Shown: positions 8,720-20,024, counted from the first letter of the stretch. The stretch: DNA of 64,000 nt from an uncultured Nitrospinota bacterium (GCA_963707985.1 CAVPRW010000031.1:32001-96000), one strand, 5' to 3'. Made by a program: numbers and translations. The notes: a model not told the origin generated them from the letters alone.

Positions 8720-9158
8720 TGATTTAGCGTCTCGGGACGCTCGCACGCCAGCCGCACCACATGGATCGCGACTGCGGGGGGCAAAGACGCCCTTGGCACC
8801 ACGACCAGGGGTGTCCACCAGACCATTGCGGCGCTCGGCCAGCAAGCGCCTCGCCCACGTGCGAACGACGGTCCGTTGGACGCCGACGGCTTCCGCCACC
8901 TGAGATTGCGCATGGCCAGCGGCCAGCAATCAGGATAATCCGCCCCGTCGGACCAGCCCGGCGGCAAGGGTGGCCGACCGTTGCCAGTGGTCCAAGGTCT
9001 GACGCTCTGCGGGGGATAGGACCATGCGTCATGAGGACTTCCGGCCACGTGCCATCGCGATCTCCTCCCAGGAATGTGGTGAGGGTTGCAGAGGAGATAC
9101 CGGCACGCTCCCTCAAAGTCAAACCAATTTGAATAGTTTTTCATGACGAGCTGTACTA
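8720..9158 (-). mobile_element. IS630-family remnant (HTH N-terminal part, stops and frameshifts)
   Basis: MARGRKSS*RMVLSPAERQTLDHWQRS..LLAAGHAQSQVAEAVGVQRTVVRTW..VAIHVVRLACERP. Possible TA-type end near 9158. Confidence 0.7.
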
Positions 9159-9182
9159 AGGGACTCTGCACGTGCTACATGC

Positions 9183-9962
9183 CTACGGCGGTCCTTTGAG
9201 CCCGGTGAATATGCCGGCGATCCCCGCCGACAGCGGCTTGAAGGCGACCGAGGTGAAGCCCTGTGCTGTCAGCTGGGCGCAGAAGGCCTGCGGCGGCGGG
9301 AACTCCATGATCGAATCCTTCAGATATTGAAATGGCTGCGCGCTGTGATAGAGCAGCCTCGCCTGGAGAGGTAGAATCCACTGCAGATGCCAGCGGTACA
9401 GTCGAGCCAGCAGTACAGATTGTGGTCGACAGATGTCAAGGATAATGACCCGTCCATGAGGGCGCAACACGCGCCACATTTCGTGCAAGACCCGGTCGGC
9501 GGCAGGAAGCATATTGCGCATGGCGAACCCATTGATCAGGCAGTCAAACGTGCCGCTGCGAAACGGCAATGCTACCGCATCTCCCAGAAGATAGGCCACC
9601 GACGCGGGTGTAGAGCGCTGCAGCGGCTGGGTCTTCTGTGCTGCTACAGTCAGCATATTCGAGGCGAAATCAAGTCCGACAGCGCGCCCCTTGGCACCCA
9701 GGAGGGGCAGCATTTTGACGAGGAGCTCCCCGGTACCCGTGCAGAGGTCGAGCACCCGACTGCCAGGGGGGATCAAGCCAACCGCGGTGCGCCGCCAGTA
9801 CTCATCCAAATAACAGCTGGCTAGTCGGTTCCACAAGTCATAACGTGGAGCCAAATATTGGAACATGCGTTGAATGGCTGAAGGGGAGAGCATAGACGTA
9901 CGAAGCTCTGGGTTCGAAATGCGAAGTTCGTCATGCAACCTCGCATCCTGACCGTCTCTCAA
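9183..9962 (-). CDS. ubiE: UbiE/MenG-family SAM-dependent methyltransferase (start may be ATG 9893)
   Basis: MFQYLAPRYDLWNRLAS, VLDLCTGTG, GFAMRNM, YLKDSIMEFP. Confidence 0.8.
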   Translation of the reverse strand: MRDGQDARLHDELRISNPELRTSMLSPSAIQRMFQYLAPRYDLWNRLASCYLDEYWRRTAVGLIPPGSRVLDLCTGTGELLVKMLPLLGAKGRAVGLDFASNMLTVAAQKTQPLQRSTPASVAYLLGDAVALPFRSGTFDCLINGFAMRNMLPAADRVLHEMWRVLRPHGRVIILDICRPQSVLLARLYRWHLQWILPLQARLLYHSAQPFQYLKDSIMEFPPPQAFCAQLTAQGFTSVAFKPLSAGIAGIFTGLKGPP

Positions 9963-11179
9963 AGGCTGGCCAACGCCTGGTCGAGATCTGCAATGAGATC
10001 CTCGGCATCCTCGATGCCGAGCGACATTCGCACCAGTTGGTCGGTGATGCCGATGGCGGCTCGATCTTCCGGGGTCATCTCATAATACGACATCAGTGCC
10101 GGCTGCTCGATGAGAGTTTCGACACCCCCCAAACTTGGGGCGATAAGCGGAATACTCAGGCGGTCGATAAACGACGAGGTAGTCTTCATGTCGCCGTCGA
10201 TCTCAAAGCTGACGACGCCTCCAAAGCCCTTCATCTGCTCGCACGCCACTTTGTAATCGGGATGACTCGAGAGGCCAGGATAGTAGACGCGCCGCACCCT
10301 GGGGTGCTCCTCGAGGAAGCGGGCAACCGCCATGCCGTTGTCGTTTTGCTTACGCAAGCGCAGGCCGAGTGTCTTCAGGCCCCGCAACAGTAAATACGCC
10401 GTATGCGGATCGGTGATACCCCCCAGCATCGCCTGCAAGTCACGGATGGCCGAGACGAGGCCGCGTGAGCCCACGACGACGCCTGCCATCAGATCATTGT
10501 GGCCGCCCAGGTATTTGGTAGCGCTATGGATGACGAGATCGATGCCGAAATCCACAGGCCGCTGGTTATAGGGGGTCGCAAACGTGCTGTCGATAGCGAT
10601 TTTCAGGTGATGTTTGCGGCCAATCTCCACCAGCCTGTCGAGGTCCATGACGCGCAGATGCGGGTTCGTGGGCGATTCGGAAAAGAGCAGCCGAGTGTGC
10701 GGACGGATAGCCGTCTCGATGGCTTCATAATTGCCGGTTTCCACGAACGTATGCTCGATGCCCAGGCGCTGTAGCATGGTGCGGCAGAACTGCCGTGTGC
10801 GCCGATAGCCATCGGCCGTCACCACCAGATGACTTCCACGCCCCAGCATAGCCAGCAATGTCGTGGTAATGGCACACATACCGGTCGAAAACAATAATGC
10901 CGCCTCGCCACCATCGAGCGCCGCCAACTTTTGTTCCACCACACGCTGCGTGGGATTTCCGTAGCGGCCGTACTCTTCCCGCTCGATATGCCCCTCCATG
11001 TAATCAATCAGCTCGTGGCTATCGCGAAACGCATACGTAGCAGTCTGAAAGATCGGTGTGGTGACCGCGTTCCCTGCCTTTTCACGTGCCTCACCAGCGT
11101 GCACCGCCAGCGTCGAAAAGCCCTCTTTCTCCATGCCTGGCATCCTTCTCAGACCCGATCCGTTGGCATCCTGCGTCAT
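9959..11179 (-). CDS. metB: Cystathionine gamma-synthase (trans-sulfuration PLP enzyme)
   Basis: EYGRYGNPT, ESPTNP, DSTFATP, HSATKYLGGHND, IAPSLGGVETL. Confidence 0.88.
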   Translation of the reverse strand: MTQDANGSGLRRMPGMEKEGFSTLAVHAGEAREKAGNAVTTPIFQTATYAFRDSHELIDYMEGHIEREEYGRYGNPTQRVVEQKLAALDGGEAALLFSTGMCAITTTLLAMLGRGSHLVVTADGYRRTRQFCRTMLQRLGIEHTFVETGNYEAIETAIRPHTRLLFSESPTNPHLRVMDLDRLVEIGRKHHLKIAIDSTFATPYNQRPVDFGIDLVIHSATKYLGGHNDLMAGVVVGSRGLVSAIRDLQAMLGGITDPHTAYLLLRGLKTLGLRLRKQNDNGMAVARFLEEHPRVRRVYYPGLSSHPDYKVACEQMKGFGGVVSFEIDGDMKTTSSFIDRLSIPLIAPSLGGVETLIEQPALMSYYEMTPEDRAAIGITDQLVRMSLGIEDAEDLIADLDQALASL

Positions 11180-11180
11180 C

Positions 11181-12515
11181 TTAGAGCATCGCCTTCAGCC
11201 GTGCGTTGATCGCATCCATGACCGCACCGTAGCTTGCTGGTAAGAAGACCGGCGGGTTGGCGTGTTTGGAGCTGATCCCGTCAAGTCGGCCTTCGTGATA
11301 GGCGATTTTGAAGTCAGTGAATTTTAACCCATGGGCTGTTGAAATCACCACCACGCGTTCATGTGGCGCAATCCACTTGCGCTCCACGAGCTTGAAGAGC
11401 ACAGCCAACGCCACACCCGTGTGGGGGCAACTGTACATGCCGGTGAGGTCGGCGCACCCCGTCGCATTGGCTAATTCATCCTCATCTGCCTGCTCGACGA
11501 TGCCATCGAAGAGCTGCAGCGTCTTAATGGCACGATCAATGCTCACCGGATTGCCGATTTGGATGGCGGTAGCCAAGGTTTTCTGGGCGATGATCGGCTC
11601 ATAGGTTTTGAACCCAGTCTGGTAGCTGCGGTAAAGGGGATTCGCGCGCTCGGCCTGGGCACAGACGAGACGTGGAAGCCGATCGATCAGCCCCAGCTCC
11701 TTCATCATCCAAAAACCCCGTCCGAGGGCGGAGATGTTACCCAGATTGCCTCCGGGAATGATGATCACATCCGGAACTTCCCAGTCGAATTGCTGGACCA
11801 ACTCGATACTCACCGTCTTCTGTCCTTCGATGCGCAAGGAGTTGAGAGAGTTGGCCAGATAGATGTCATGCTCCTGGGTCACCTGCTGGACGATTGCCAT
11901 ACAGCCGTCGAAGTCCGTGTCCAGAGACAGGACCAGCGCTCCGTTGGCGATCGGTTGGATGAGCTGGGCGCTGGAGACCTTGTCCTTTGGTAAGAACACC
12001 ACGCAGGGAATGCCTGCCGCAGCGCAATATGCCGCCAGCGAAGCCGAGGTGTCGCCCGTCGAGGCGCAGGCGACGGCCTTGATCGGGGTGCCGTTGGCAA
12101 TGATCTGCCTGACGACGGAAACGAGGACCGTCATGCCCAGATCTTTGAATGAACCCGTATGGCTGTTGCCGCACTGCTTCACCCATAGATCGCTCAGACC
12201 GAGCTGGCGGCCGAGGCGCTCGGCCCAGAACAGGTTCGTTCCCCCCTCGTACATGGAGATGACGTTTTCCGGTTCAATGGTCGGGCAGACCCACTCCATT
12301 TTGCCCCAGATGGCGCTGCCATACGGATAGCTCGTCCGCATGTAGCGCGTGTCGAAAAGGTCCTTCCACTGTTGCGCCGAGCGGTCCCGCAGCGCCTCCA
12401 TATCATGAACCACTTCCAGGAGCGAGCCGCATTTCTTGCAACGATACACCACTTCGTACAGCGAATAGCGCTCGTCGCAACCCTTCTGACACTGAAACCA
12501 GGCCTGATAACCCAT
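11181..12515 (-). CDS. thrC: Threonine synthase
   Basis: [51 protein letters not shown]. Confidence 0.92.
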   Translation of the reverse strand: MGYQAWFQCQKGCDERYSLYEVVYRCKKCGSLLEVVHDMEALRDRSAQQWKDLFDTRYMRTSYPYGSAIWGKMEWVCPTIEPENVISMYEGGTNLFWAERLGRQLGLSDLWVKQCGNSHTGSFKDLGMTVLVSVVRQIIANGTPIKAVACASTGDTSASLAAYCAAAGIPCVVFLPKDKVSSAQLIQPIANGALVLSLDTDFDGCMAIVQQVTQEHDIYLANSLNSLRIEGQKTVSIELVQQFDWEVPDVIIIPGGNLGNISALGRGFWMMKELGLIDRLPRLVCAQAERANPLYRSYQTGFKTYEPIIAQKTLATAIQIGNPVSIDRAIKTLQLFDGIVEQADEDELANATGCADLTGMYSCPHTGVALAVLFKLVERKWIAPHERVVVISTAHGLKFTDFKIAYHEGRLDGISSKHANPPVFLPASYGAVMDAINARLKAML

Positions 12516-12645
12516 ACTGCTGCCCCCTCTCCTTCGCCTCTCAGGGGTAGGTGTGCGGCATTCGCGGATAGCTCTGTAGAGCTCAGCATACACGCCAGAA
12601 GGCGTCAAACTGCACCCGTTGGCTGAGCCTTGTCAAGCGAAAATA

Positions 12646-12663
12646 TGCCAGACATGTCTGGCA
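12646..12663. promoter_or_regulatory. Perfect 18-bp palindrome, candidate operator in the divergent thrC/phoD region
   Basis: TGCCAGACATGTCTGGCA, 9 bp from a minus-strand TTGACA (12631-12636). Confidence 0.45.
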
Positions 12664-12894
12664 GATCGACCTGATCCGGGGCTACGCCCCGCTCCACAGG
12701 GTTCTCGGCGGCAATGCAGCACATGGGCGATCCCGCTGGAGTAGGGACGCGAGGTAGAGTCGCCAACCACGTGTGAAGCTGGTAAAATGCTCTCTTCATC
12801 TGTGCCAATAACCGCAAGGTAGCCGGGCGATCATGGGTTCTCCTACGGGTGTTTTTGGGCTCAATGATCCATGGTTTCAGTCCTGGAGGTCTGC

Positions 12895-14491
12895 ATGCAA
12901 CCAGCGTATGACTCCACCGCAGCACCTAGATGCACTTCGACGGTGTCGCGTCGGCACTTCTTGGGCGGTGCCGTCGCCCTCGCCGCCGCGGGCCTGGCGA
13001 GCCCCGCCCTGACCCGACTGGCGCGGGCACAGGTCCGATTTACGGGATATCCGTTCACTCTCGGGGTGGCCTCAGGCTGTCCTCAAGCCGATAGCGTCGT
13101 GCTCTGGACGCGGCTCGCCCCCGAACCCCTCAGTGGGGGCGGTATGGAGCCTGGGCGGGTGGAAGTGCAGTGGGAAGTCGCACATGACGAACACTTCCAT
13201 ACGATAGTCCAAAAAGGCAGCGTGTGGACAGCTCAGGAGCTCGGGCATAGTGTGCATGTGGAGGTTTACGGCCTGGAGCCGGCCCGTTGGTATTGGTACC
13301 GCTTTATGGTGCGCGATGAGATCAGTCCGGTTGGTCGCACACGGACGGCTCCCGCCCTCCACGCCTCATTAGATCGCTTCCGATTGGCTGTCGCCTCATG
13401 TCAGCATTATGAACAGGGATATTTTTCGGCCTATCGTCACATGGCCGCGGAGGATGTGGACCTTGTCGTGTTCGTAGGTGACTACATCTACGAGTCATCC
13501 TGGGGTGACCAGCTCGGTGCGCCGGCACGCCGGTCCCGAACCCTACACACTCGTGGAGTACCGCAACCGCCACGCGCAATATCGCACTGACCCTGATCTG
13601 CAGCATATGCATGCGCTGGTGCCATGGCTCGTGACCTGGGACGATCACGAGGTGGATAACGACTATGCCAATGACCAATCCGAGCATCTCGATCCGCAGT
13701 TTCTGATCCGGCGTGCGGCTGCCTATCAGGCGTATTACGAGCACATGCCCCTGCGACACAGCGCCCGACCGCGCGGAGCATCTCTACGGCTCTACGATTC
13801 CTACACGTTTGGCAATTTGCTGCAGATGTTCGTGTTGGATGACCGGCAATACCGCGCACCGCAACCCTGCCCCCGCCCTGGCATGGGGGGTGGGACGGTC
13901 GTGCCGTTGTCGCGCTGCCCAGAGCTACGCGACCCCGGGCGCACGCTGCTTGGGGAGGAACAGGAAGCCTGGCTCCTCAAAGCACTTGGCACCTCATCGG
14001 CACGCTGGAATGTGCTGGCGCAACAAACCCTGATGGCTCAGAACGACGTGAACCCCGGCCCCGAGCAAGCCTTCTGGACTGATGGCTGGGATGGCTATCC
14101 TGCGGCGCGGTCTCGCTTGCTGAGCTCTATCGCCGACAAGCGCCCCACGAATCCGCTGGTCATCGGCGGAGACGTGCATAGTTATTGGGTAGGCGATCTG
14201 AAGCCCGATTTCGATGATCCTCACTCGCCCGTGGTCGCCACGGAGTTTTGCGGGACGTCCATCACGTCACAGGGCCCCCCCCAGGAGCGCCTCGACGCCT
14301 CACGCGCCGACAATCCGCACATCAAGTTCGCACACAGTGAGAAACGGGGCTATGTGTGCCTGGAGATCACGCCACAGCGCTGTGAGGCCCACCTGCGCGC
14401 CATCGACAACGAAAAAAAACGGAGCAGTAGTGTGGCCACGCTCGCCTCTTTCGTCGTCGAAAACGGCAGGCCCGGGGTGATGACTGGGTAG
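12895..14491 (+). CDS. phoD: Alkaline phosphatase D, Tat-exported; 1-nt frameshift near 13516
   Basis: SRRHFL Tat motif, FTLGVASG, GDYIYE, WDDHEVDNDY, LDDRQYR, DGWDGYP, GGDVH. Confidence 0.92.
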
Positions 14492-14572
14492 GATAAGGAG
14501 TGGGAGATGACCTGCGGTGGCAGCATCGCACAGTCCTTGCGAACGAGTGCGACTGCCTACAGGAGGTGAGCC

Positions 14573-14922
14573 GTGCCGATCGAGGAAGAGGCGTTACGCC
14601 GCTGGGAAGGCAAGTCGTCGGCAGTTCATTCGTGAGTTGGGAGATCGCGCAGAAGGCCAACAGGTGGTCCGGCCAGAATGTGGTACGATGCAGCAAGAGC
14701 GAGTACGATCGGCTCTGGAAACAGGCCGCGACGGAGTTGGATCCCGTGAAGCGGGCCGCGCTGTTCATCGCCATGAACGATCTGTTAATCGAAGATGTAG
14801 TGGTCATTCCCCTGGTCTGGCGTCATGAGGTCGTGGCGGTGGGCCAGGCTCTGCAGGGCTTGGAGTTGTCCACCTGGGATTCCAATCTCTGGGACCTGGC
14901 GTATTGGTATCGTCAGACGTGA
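14573..14922 (+). pseudogene. Internally deleted paralog of the downstream peptide ABC solute-binding protein
   Basis: N-terminal stub (PIEEEALRRW..ASRRQFIR) joined to a C-terminus similar to the next gene (FVSWEIAQKAN..LWDLAYWYRQT). Confidence 0.8.
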
Positions 14923-14989
14923 CATGAGGGTTCTTGTTGATCCCGTCTGTGCTTCGATGAAAAGCCCAGATGATGAAAGGAAGTGGCTC

Positions 14990-16807
14990 ATGGCGATGGC
15001 AGAACCAGAGTTGCGCCAGTGGGTGCAACGTGTAGTGCAGGGCCAGGCGAGCCGTCGACAGTTCATGCGCACGATGCTGAGGCTTGGCCTCTCAGCCCCC
15101 TTCGTCGCCAACCTACTTGCCACCTATACGCCCGCCACCGCACAGGCTACGCGTGTCACGCCGTCGTCGTATACCGCTACCAGACGGGGTGGCGGGGGCA
15201 AATTGCGCCTGTTGTGGTGGCAAGCCCCGACGATTCTCAACGTGCATTTGTCCACCGGTACGAAGGACAACGATGCTTCACGAGTGGTTCACGAGCCTTT
15301 AGTTGGATTTAACAGGGACGGCGAATTGGTTCCGATCCTGGCGGAGGAAGTTCCCAGCGTCGACAATGGAGGGCTCACACGGGATGGCACGGCGGTCAGC
15401 TGGCGCCTGAAGAGGGGGGTGGTATGGCATGATGGCAAGCCCTTCACCGCCGACGATGTGATCTTTACCTGGGAGTATGCTGCCGACCCCGCCACTGGTG
15501 CTGTAAGCCGCGGCAGTTACCAGAACATCAAGCACATCGACAAACTCGACGAGTTTGCCGTCAAAGTGACGTTCGTCGAACCCACGCCGTTATGGTACAG
15601 TGCTTTCTGTGGTATCCACGGTCAACTCCTGCCCAAGCATCTGATAGGGGAGTACAAAGGGCAAAATTCCCGCAATTCCCCGTACAACCTCAAGCCCGTC
15701 GGCACGGGACCATACAAGATCGTCGACTTCAAACCGGGAGATGTGGCGCTATATGAGATCAACCCGCACTACCATGTGCCCAACCGCCCCTTTTTCGACA
15801 TGGTCGAGCTGAAGGGGGGTGGCGATGCCGCCTCCGCGGCGCGCGCGGTCATCCAGACCGGAGAGTTCGACTTTGCCTGGAACTTGCAGGTGGAAAAGGA
15901 CGTACTGGAGCGCATCGAACAGCACGGAACACGCGGCAAGGTGGTGTTCTTTCCACAAGCCAATCTCGAGCACATCCAGCTCAATCGTACGGATCCCTGG
16001 ACTGAGATAGACGGCGAGCGTAGCAGTCTAAAGGCTCCACATCCTTTTCTCACTGATCTGCTCATCCGGCAGGCCTACAACGCCGCCGTCGATCGGCGCG
16101 TCATCGCAGAGCAACTCTATGGCAGCGCGGGTCGGCCGACGAGTAACGTTATCAATAGCCCTAAACGCTTCGAGTCACCGCATACGAGTTGGGAGTTCAG
16201 CCTTGAAACAGCCGCACAACGGCTTGACCAGGCTGGCTGGAGACGTGGCAACGACGGCTTCCGGGCCAAAGACGGTCGGCGTATGAAGATCCTCTATCAG
16301 ACCGCAGTGAATCCGGTGCGCCAGAAGACCCAGGCTATCGTCAAGAAGGCGTTCGAGCAACTCGGCATCGAGGTGGAGCTGAAAGCAGTGAACGCTGGCG
16401 TCTATTTCTCCAGCGATCCGGCAAACCCCGATACGGTCTCCCACTTCTACGCCGATATCCAGATGTTTTCGTTTAGTCCGGGCTCTCCTGATCCGCAGGC
16501 ACATTTGAATCGATTCGTGAGCTGGCAGATTGCGCAAAAAGCCAACAATTGGTCAGGGCGGAATGTCGCGCGCTGGTCGAACGCCGAATATGATCGTCTC
16601 TGGAAGCAAGCGGAGACTGAGCTGGACCCGGTGCAACGGGCGGCATTGATCATTCGCATGAACGATCTGCTGATCGAGGATGTCGTGCTCATCCCATTGG
16701 TCTGGCGCAATGGGGTGCGGGCGGTGAGTCATAAGCTGCATGGGATGGAACTGAGCGACTGGGATTCCGATTTTTGGGATCTGGCGTACTGGTACCGGGA
16801 GGCCTAG
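14990..16807 (+). CDS. Peptide/nickel ABC transporter solute-binding protein (family 5, Tat signal)
   Basis: SRRQFM, GVVWHDGKPFTADDVIFTW, PVGTGPYK. Confidence 0.9.
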   Translation: MAMAEPELRQWVQRVVQGQASRRQFMRTMLRLGLSAPFVANLLATYTPATAQATRVTPSSYTATRRGGGGKLRLLWWQAPTILNVHLSTGTKDNDASRVVHEPLVGFNRDGELVPILAEEVPSVDNGGLTRDGTAVSWRLKRGVVWHDGKPFTADDVIFTWEYAADPATGAVSRGSYQNIKHIDKLDEFAVKVTFVEPTPLWYSAFCGIHGQLLPKHLIGEYKGQNSRNSPYNLKPVGTGPYKIVDFKPGDVALYEINPHYHVPNRPFFDMVELKGGGDAASAARAVIQTGEFDFAWNLQVEKDVLERIEQHGTRGKVVFFPQANLEHIQLNRTDPWTEIDGERSSLKAPHPFLTDLLIRQAYNAAVDRRVIAEQLYGSAGRPTSNVINSPKRFESPHTSWEFSLETAAQRLDQAGWRRGNDGFRAKDGRRMKILYQTAVNPVRQKTQAIVKKAFEQLGIEVELKAVNAGVYFSSDPANPDTVSHFYADIQMFSFSPGSPDPQAHLNRFVSWQIAQKANNWSGRNVARWSNAEYDRLWKQAETELDPVQRAALIIRMNDLLIEDVVLIPLVWRNGVRAVSHKLHGMELSDWDSDFWDLAYWYREA

Positions 16808-16823
16808 GGCGTAGGAGGAAGAC

Positions 16824-17783
16824 GTGCATAGATACGTACTGCGCCGTGTCCTCATCACCATTCCCACCCTGGTCGGCATCAGCCTGGTGCTGTTCACGAT
16901 TCTGGCCATGGCACCAGGGGATCCCTTTGAGGAACTGGCGTTGAATCCCAACATCCCCGCCGAGGTCCGCCTTAACCTCCGGCACCAATTTGGTCTCGAT
17001 GACCCCATCCCGGTGCGCTATGTCCGCTGGTTCACCGCCATGCTGGGCGGCGACTGGGGATACTCCTTTGTCAGTCGGGTCGATGTCAAGGGCCTGATTC
17101 TGCAACGACTGCCGACCACGCTATTCGTGCTCGGTACGGCCTATGGAGTGGCGCTTCTGATCGCCCTGCCAGTGGGGGTGATCTCCGCCGTACGGCCCTA
17201 CTCATGCTTCGACCAAATCGCCACGACGCTGGCATTTATCGGCCACTCCCTGCCGACCTTCTTCACGGGCCTCTTGTTGATCCTGTTCTTTAGCCTGTAT
17301 CTCGACTGGTTGCCGTTTATCTACAGCACAACCATTGAGGCCAGTGGCATACGTTGGGTCGTAGAACATCTCAGACAAGCGGCCATGCCCATCGCCGTCC
17401 TTGGCCTCTTTGAGGCGGCGGCGTTGACACGCTTCGTACGGGCGTCGATGCTGGACGTCATCCATCAGGACTTCGTGACTACGGCACGGGCGAAAGGCCT
17501 CACGGAGCGGCGCACGATCCTCTGGCACGTGCTGCGCAATGCGCTTATTCCGGTGACCACCATTGTGGCGCTGCAGTTGCCGGGAATTTTTACCGGGGCG
17601 GTGATTACAGAGCAGATCTTTCGCGTGCCCGGCATAGGGTCGCTGCTGATCACAGCGATCCAGAGCACCGACACGCCGGTGGTCATGGCGATCACCTTTG
17701 TTTATGCCATGCTGGTGGTGGTGTTTAACCTCGTGGCCGACATTATCTATGGCTGCCTCGATCCCCGTATTACCTACAGTTGA
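16824..17783 (+). CDS. Peptide ABC permease (DppB/OppB-like)
   Basis: FVTTARAKGL EAA loop, LDPRI end. Confidence 0.9.
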   Translation: MHRYVLRRVLITIPTLVGISLVLFTILAMAPGDPFEELALNPNIPAEVRLNLRHQFGLDDPIPVRYVRWFTAMLGGDWGYSFVSRVDVKGLILQRLPTTLFVLGTAYGVALLIALPVGVISAVRPYSCFDQIATTLAFIGHSLPTFFTGLLLILFFSLYLDWLPFIYSTTIEASGIRWVVEHLRQAAMPIAVLGLFEAAALTRFVRASMLDVIHQDFVTTARAKGLTERRTILWHVLRNALIPVTTIVALQLPGIFTGAVITEQIFRVPGIGSLLITAIQSTDTPVVMAITFVYAMLVVVFNLVADIIYGCLDPRITYS

Positions 17784-17793
17784 GGGAAAGGCA

Positions 17794-18692
17794 ATGACGT
17801 TTGAAGCCTATCCGCCCCGTACGTTGTGGAGCGATGTGTGGCGGCGCTATTGCCGACATCGTCTAGCCATGGCCGGCACCGTCATCATGCTGCTCCTCAG
17901 CGTTGCCACACTCGCAGGGCCGGTGGTCTATCCGGTGCCGATCGATGATATCGATTTCGCCGTCAAGCTCAGCGGTCCCAGTTTGGCGCATCCATTTGGC
18001 ACCGATGATCTGGGGCAAGATGTGCTGGCACGTATCCTCTACGGTGGGCGGATCTCCATGGCCGTCGGGCTTGCCGCCATGCTCATCGCCATCCTGTTCG
18101 GCATGGTCATCGGGGCGCTGGCGGGCTTCTTCGGAGGTCTGCTCGATAGCCTTCCTGATGCGGCTGACCGATCTCTTCCTGTCGTTGCCACAGCTGCCTT
18201 TGCTGCTGCTGGTAGTGTTCCTGTTCCGTGACCGGATGCGACAAGCGTTTGGGCCGGAATTGGGGATTTTTATTCTGATTGTCGGCGTCATCGGCGGTCT
18301 GCGTTGGATGCAACCCGCACGCCTGGTGCGTGCGTCCTTTCTGGCACTGAAAGAGAAGGAGTTTGTCGAAGCCGCCCGCTGCGTGGGTGTGCCAAGTGCT
18401 CTGGCTGATCAGCCGTCACATCCTGCCCAATGCGCTCAGCCCCGTGATCGTTGCCGCCACCCTGGGTGTCGGCTCGGCCATTCTCGCCGAATCGTCGATT
18501 TCGTTTCTGGGGCTGGGATTTCCACCGGACATGCCGACATGGGGGCGGATTCTGTCGGATGCCAGAGATTATCTGGACCTCGCACCACACTGGGCACTCT
18601 TCCCAGGCTTGATGATTTTTCTCGCCGTCATTTCAATTAACTACATTGGTGATGGCTTGCGCGATGCCCTCGACCCTCGCCAGATTCTCTGA
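17794..18692 (+). CDS. Peptide ABC permease (DppC/OppC-like), frameshifts near 18150 and 18392
   Basis: HPFGTDDLGQDV, EFVEAARCVG, HILPNAL, GDGLRDALDP spread over three frames. Confidence 0.85.
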
Positions 18693-19154
18693 GGCAGTGC
18701 GTGATACGACAGAGACCATACCGTCCTAGCCGACTCAATGTCGTGCAGGTGGGGATATTGATTGACAAACCGCGTGATGACCTCTATGCTCTCACATAGT
18801 GGCGACCGATCTTCCATGCATCCCACCCTGTGGCAAGATGGAAAATGCCTATGATCGCTGTGTGATGTGTACGATCTTACCCCCCGCGGCCATGATGAGG
18901 GCACTTCATGCGGCCAGGTTGACGAGCTGCAAGGCCAAGAAGAAACGACCAGTGCTCGCTGGCCGTCGGTAAGCGGAATCGACCTTGACGGAGGTCGCCA
19001 GGGCTGTGGAGGACAGAAGATCCGACGGTGCATAGCGCAGTGGATGGCGCTATTCCCCACAAGCGGGTCGGGTACAGGGCCGCAGGGTATGCATGACGCT
19101 GGAGGTCGGAAATGGTCGGTAGGAGACCACCCTCACGCGAGAAAGGGCAACATC

Positions 19155-19373
19155 ATGGCAACGGGGAAAATCAAGCGGATGGTGCAAGAACGTGGATTCG
19201 GGTTCATCTCGGCTGACGATGGGCGCGAAATCTTCTTCCATCGATCGGGAGTCGAAGGCACGACCTTCGAGGCCTTGCGCGAGGGGCTTCGGGTTGCATT
19301 CGAGGTTGAGAAGGGGCAAAAGGGCCCACGTGCCGTGCATGTGCATCTCGCTGAGGAAGCGCAGCTGAACTGA
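19155..19373 (+). CDS. Cold-shock protein (CspA family)
   Basis: MATGKIK, RGFGFI (RNP1), IFFHRS (RNP2), GQKGPRA. Confidence 0.93.
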   Translation: MATGKIKRMVQERGFGFISADDGREIFFHRSGVEGTTFEALREGLRVAFEVEKGQKGPRAVHVHLAEEAQLN

Positions 19374-19569
19374 TGGGGCTTGGCCGTCAGCTTGCAGGGC
19401 ATCGCGGGCTGTGCCGCGGCAGGCATCATGGGCTGGTATAGCGTCGGTGCCGTGAGCGTTGACCCGAGAGCACAGACGACACCGCTACGATCGAGGGGTG
19501 CCGTAGGCCCCGATCTGGATCCGGCGTTTGACGATGAGCCCCTGGGCGGGGAGAAAGAGGGAGGTCGTG

Positions 19570-19758
19570 ATGGTGCGGGTGATAGACCAACAGTTGGACA
19601 AAGCTCTCCGCCTGTTGAAGCGCCAGCTTTCCAGGGATGGCACCTGGCGAGAGCTCAAGGCCAGAGCCTTCTATGAAAAGCCCAGCGTCAAGAAGCGCCG
19701 ACGGCAACGCGCGGTGCGACGGCGTCTGCTGAAATTGGAAAAGCTGTCGGCAGAATGA
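19570..19758 (+). CDS. rpsU: 30S ribosomal protein S21
   Basis: LDKALRLLKRQ..ELKARAFYEKPSVKKRR. Confidence 0.88.
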   Translation: MVRVIDQQLDKALRLLKRQLSRDGTWRELKARAFYEKPSVKKRRRQRAVRRRLLKLEKLSAE

Positions 19759-19799
19759 TCGCCAGTAGTGAGGGCTGGTCATATGGAAGGGATTGTCTT

Positions 19800-20024
19800 A
19801 TGAAGCGCATGTTGAAACCTGCAGAAGACTCAACGACTGGAGGACCACTGCAAGGGCAGGTGCCACATGTGCGTGTCCGCTGCAAGGAGGAGTTTAGCGC
19901 CGATGAGCTGGCACTGCTGCAGGCCAAGCTCGAAGGGTGGATGCGCACCGTGGCGACCAAGTCGGAAGGCAAACGACCTCGGCATCAGTTCGTGATGAAG
20001 GCCAAGAATGCTGGGCGTGTATAA
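19800..20024 (+). CDS. Small hypothetical protein
   Basis: Co-oriented ORF between rpsU and infC, no motif recognised. Confidence 0.35.
   Translation: MKRMLKPAEDSTTGGPLQGQVPHVRVRCKEEFSADELALLQAKLEGWMRTVATKSEGKRPRHQFVMKAKNAGRV

Noticed and set aside
8624..8929. N-terminal extension of the DGR target in the ORF track
   Set aside because: It is read-through from the IS630 remnant; ATG 8623 has a good RBS
12516..12890. SAM riboswitch upstream of thrC-metB
   Set aside because: SAM-I core motifs not found by eye; an Infernal scan would be decisive
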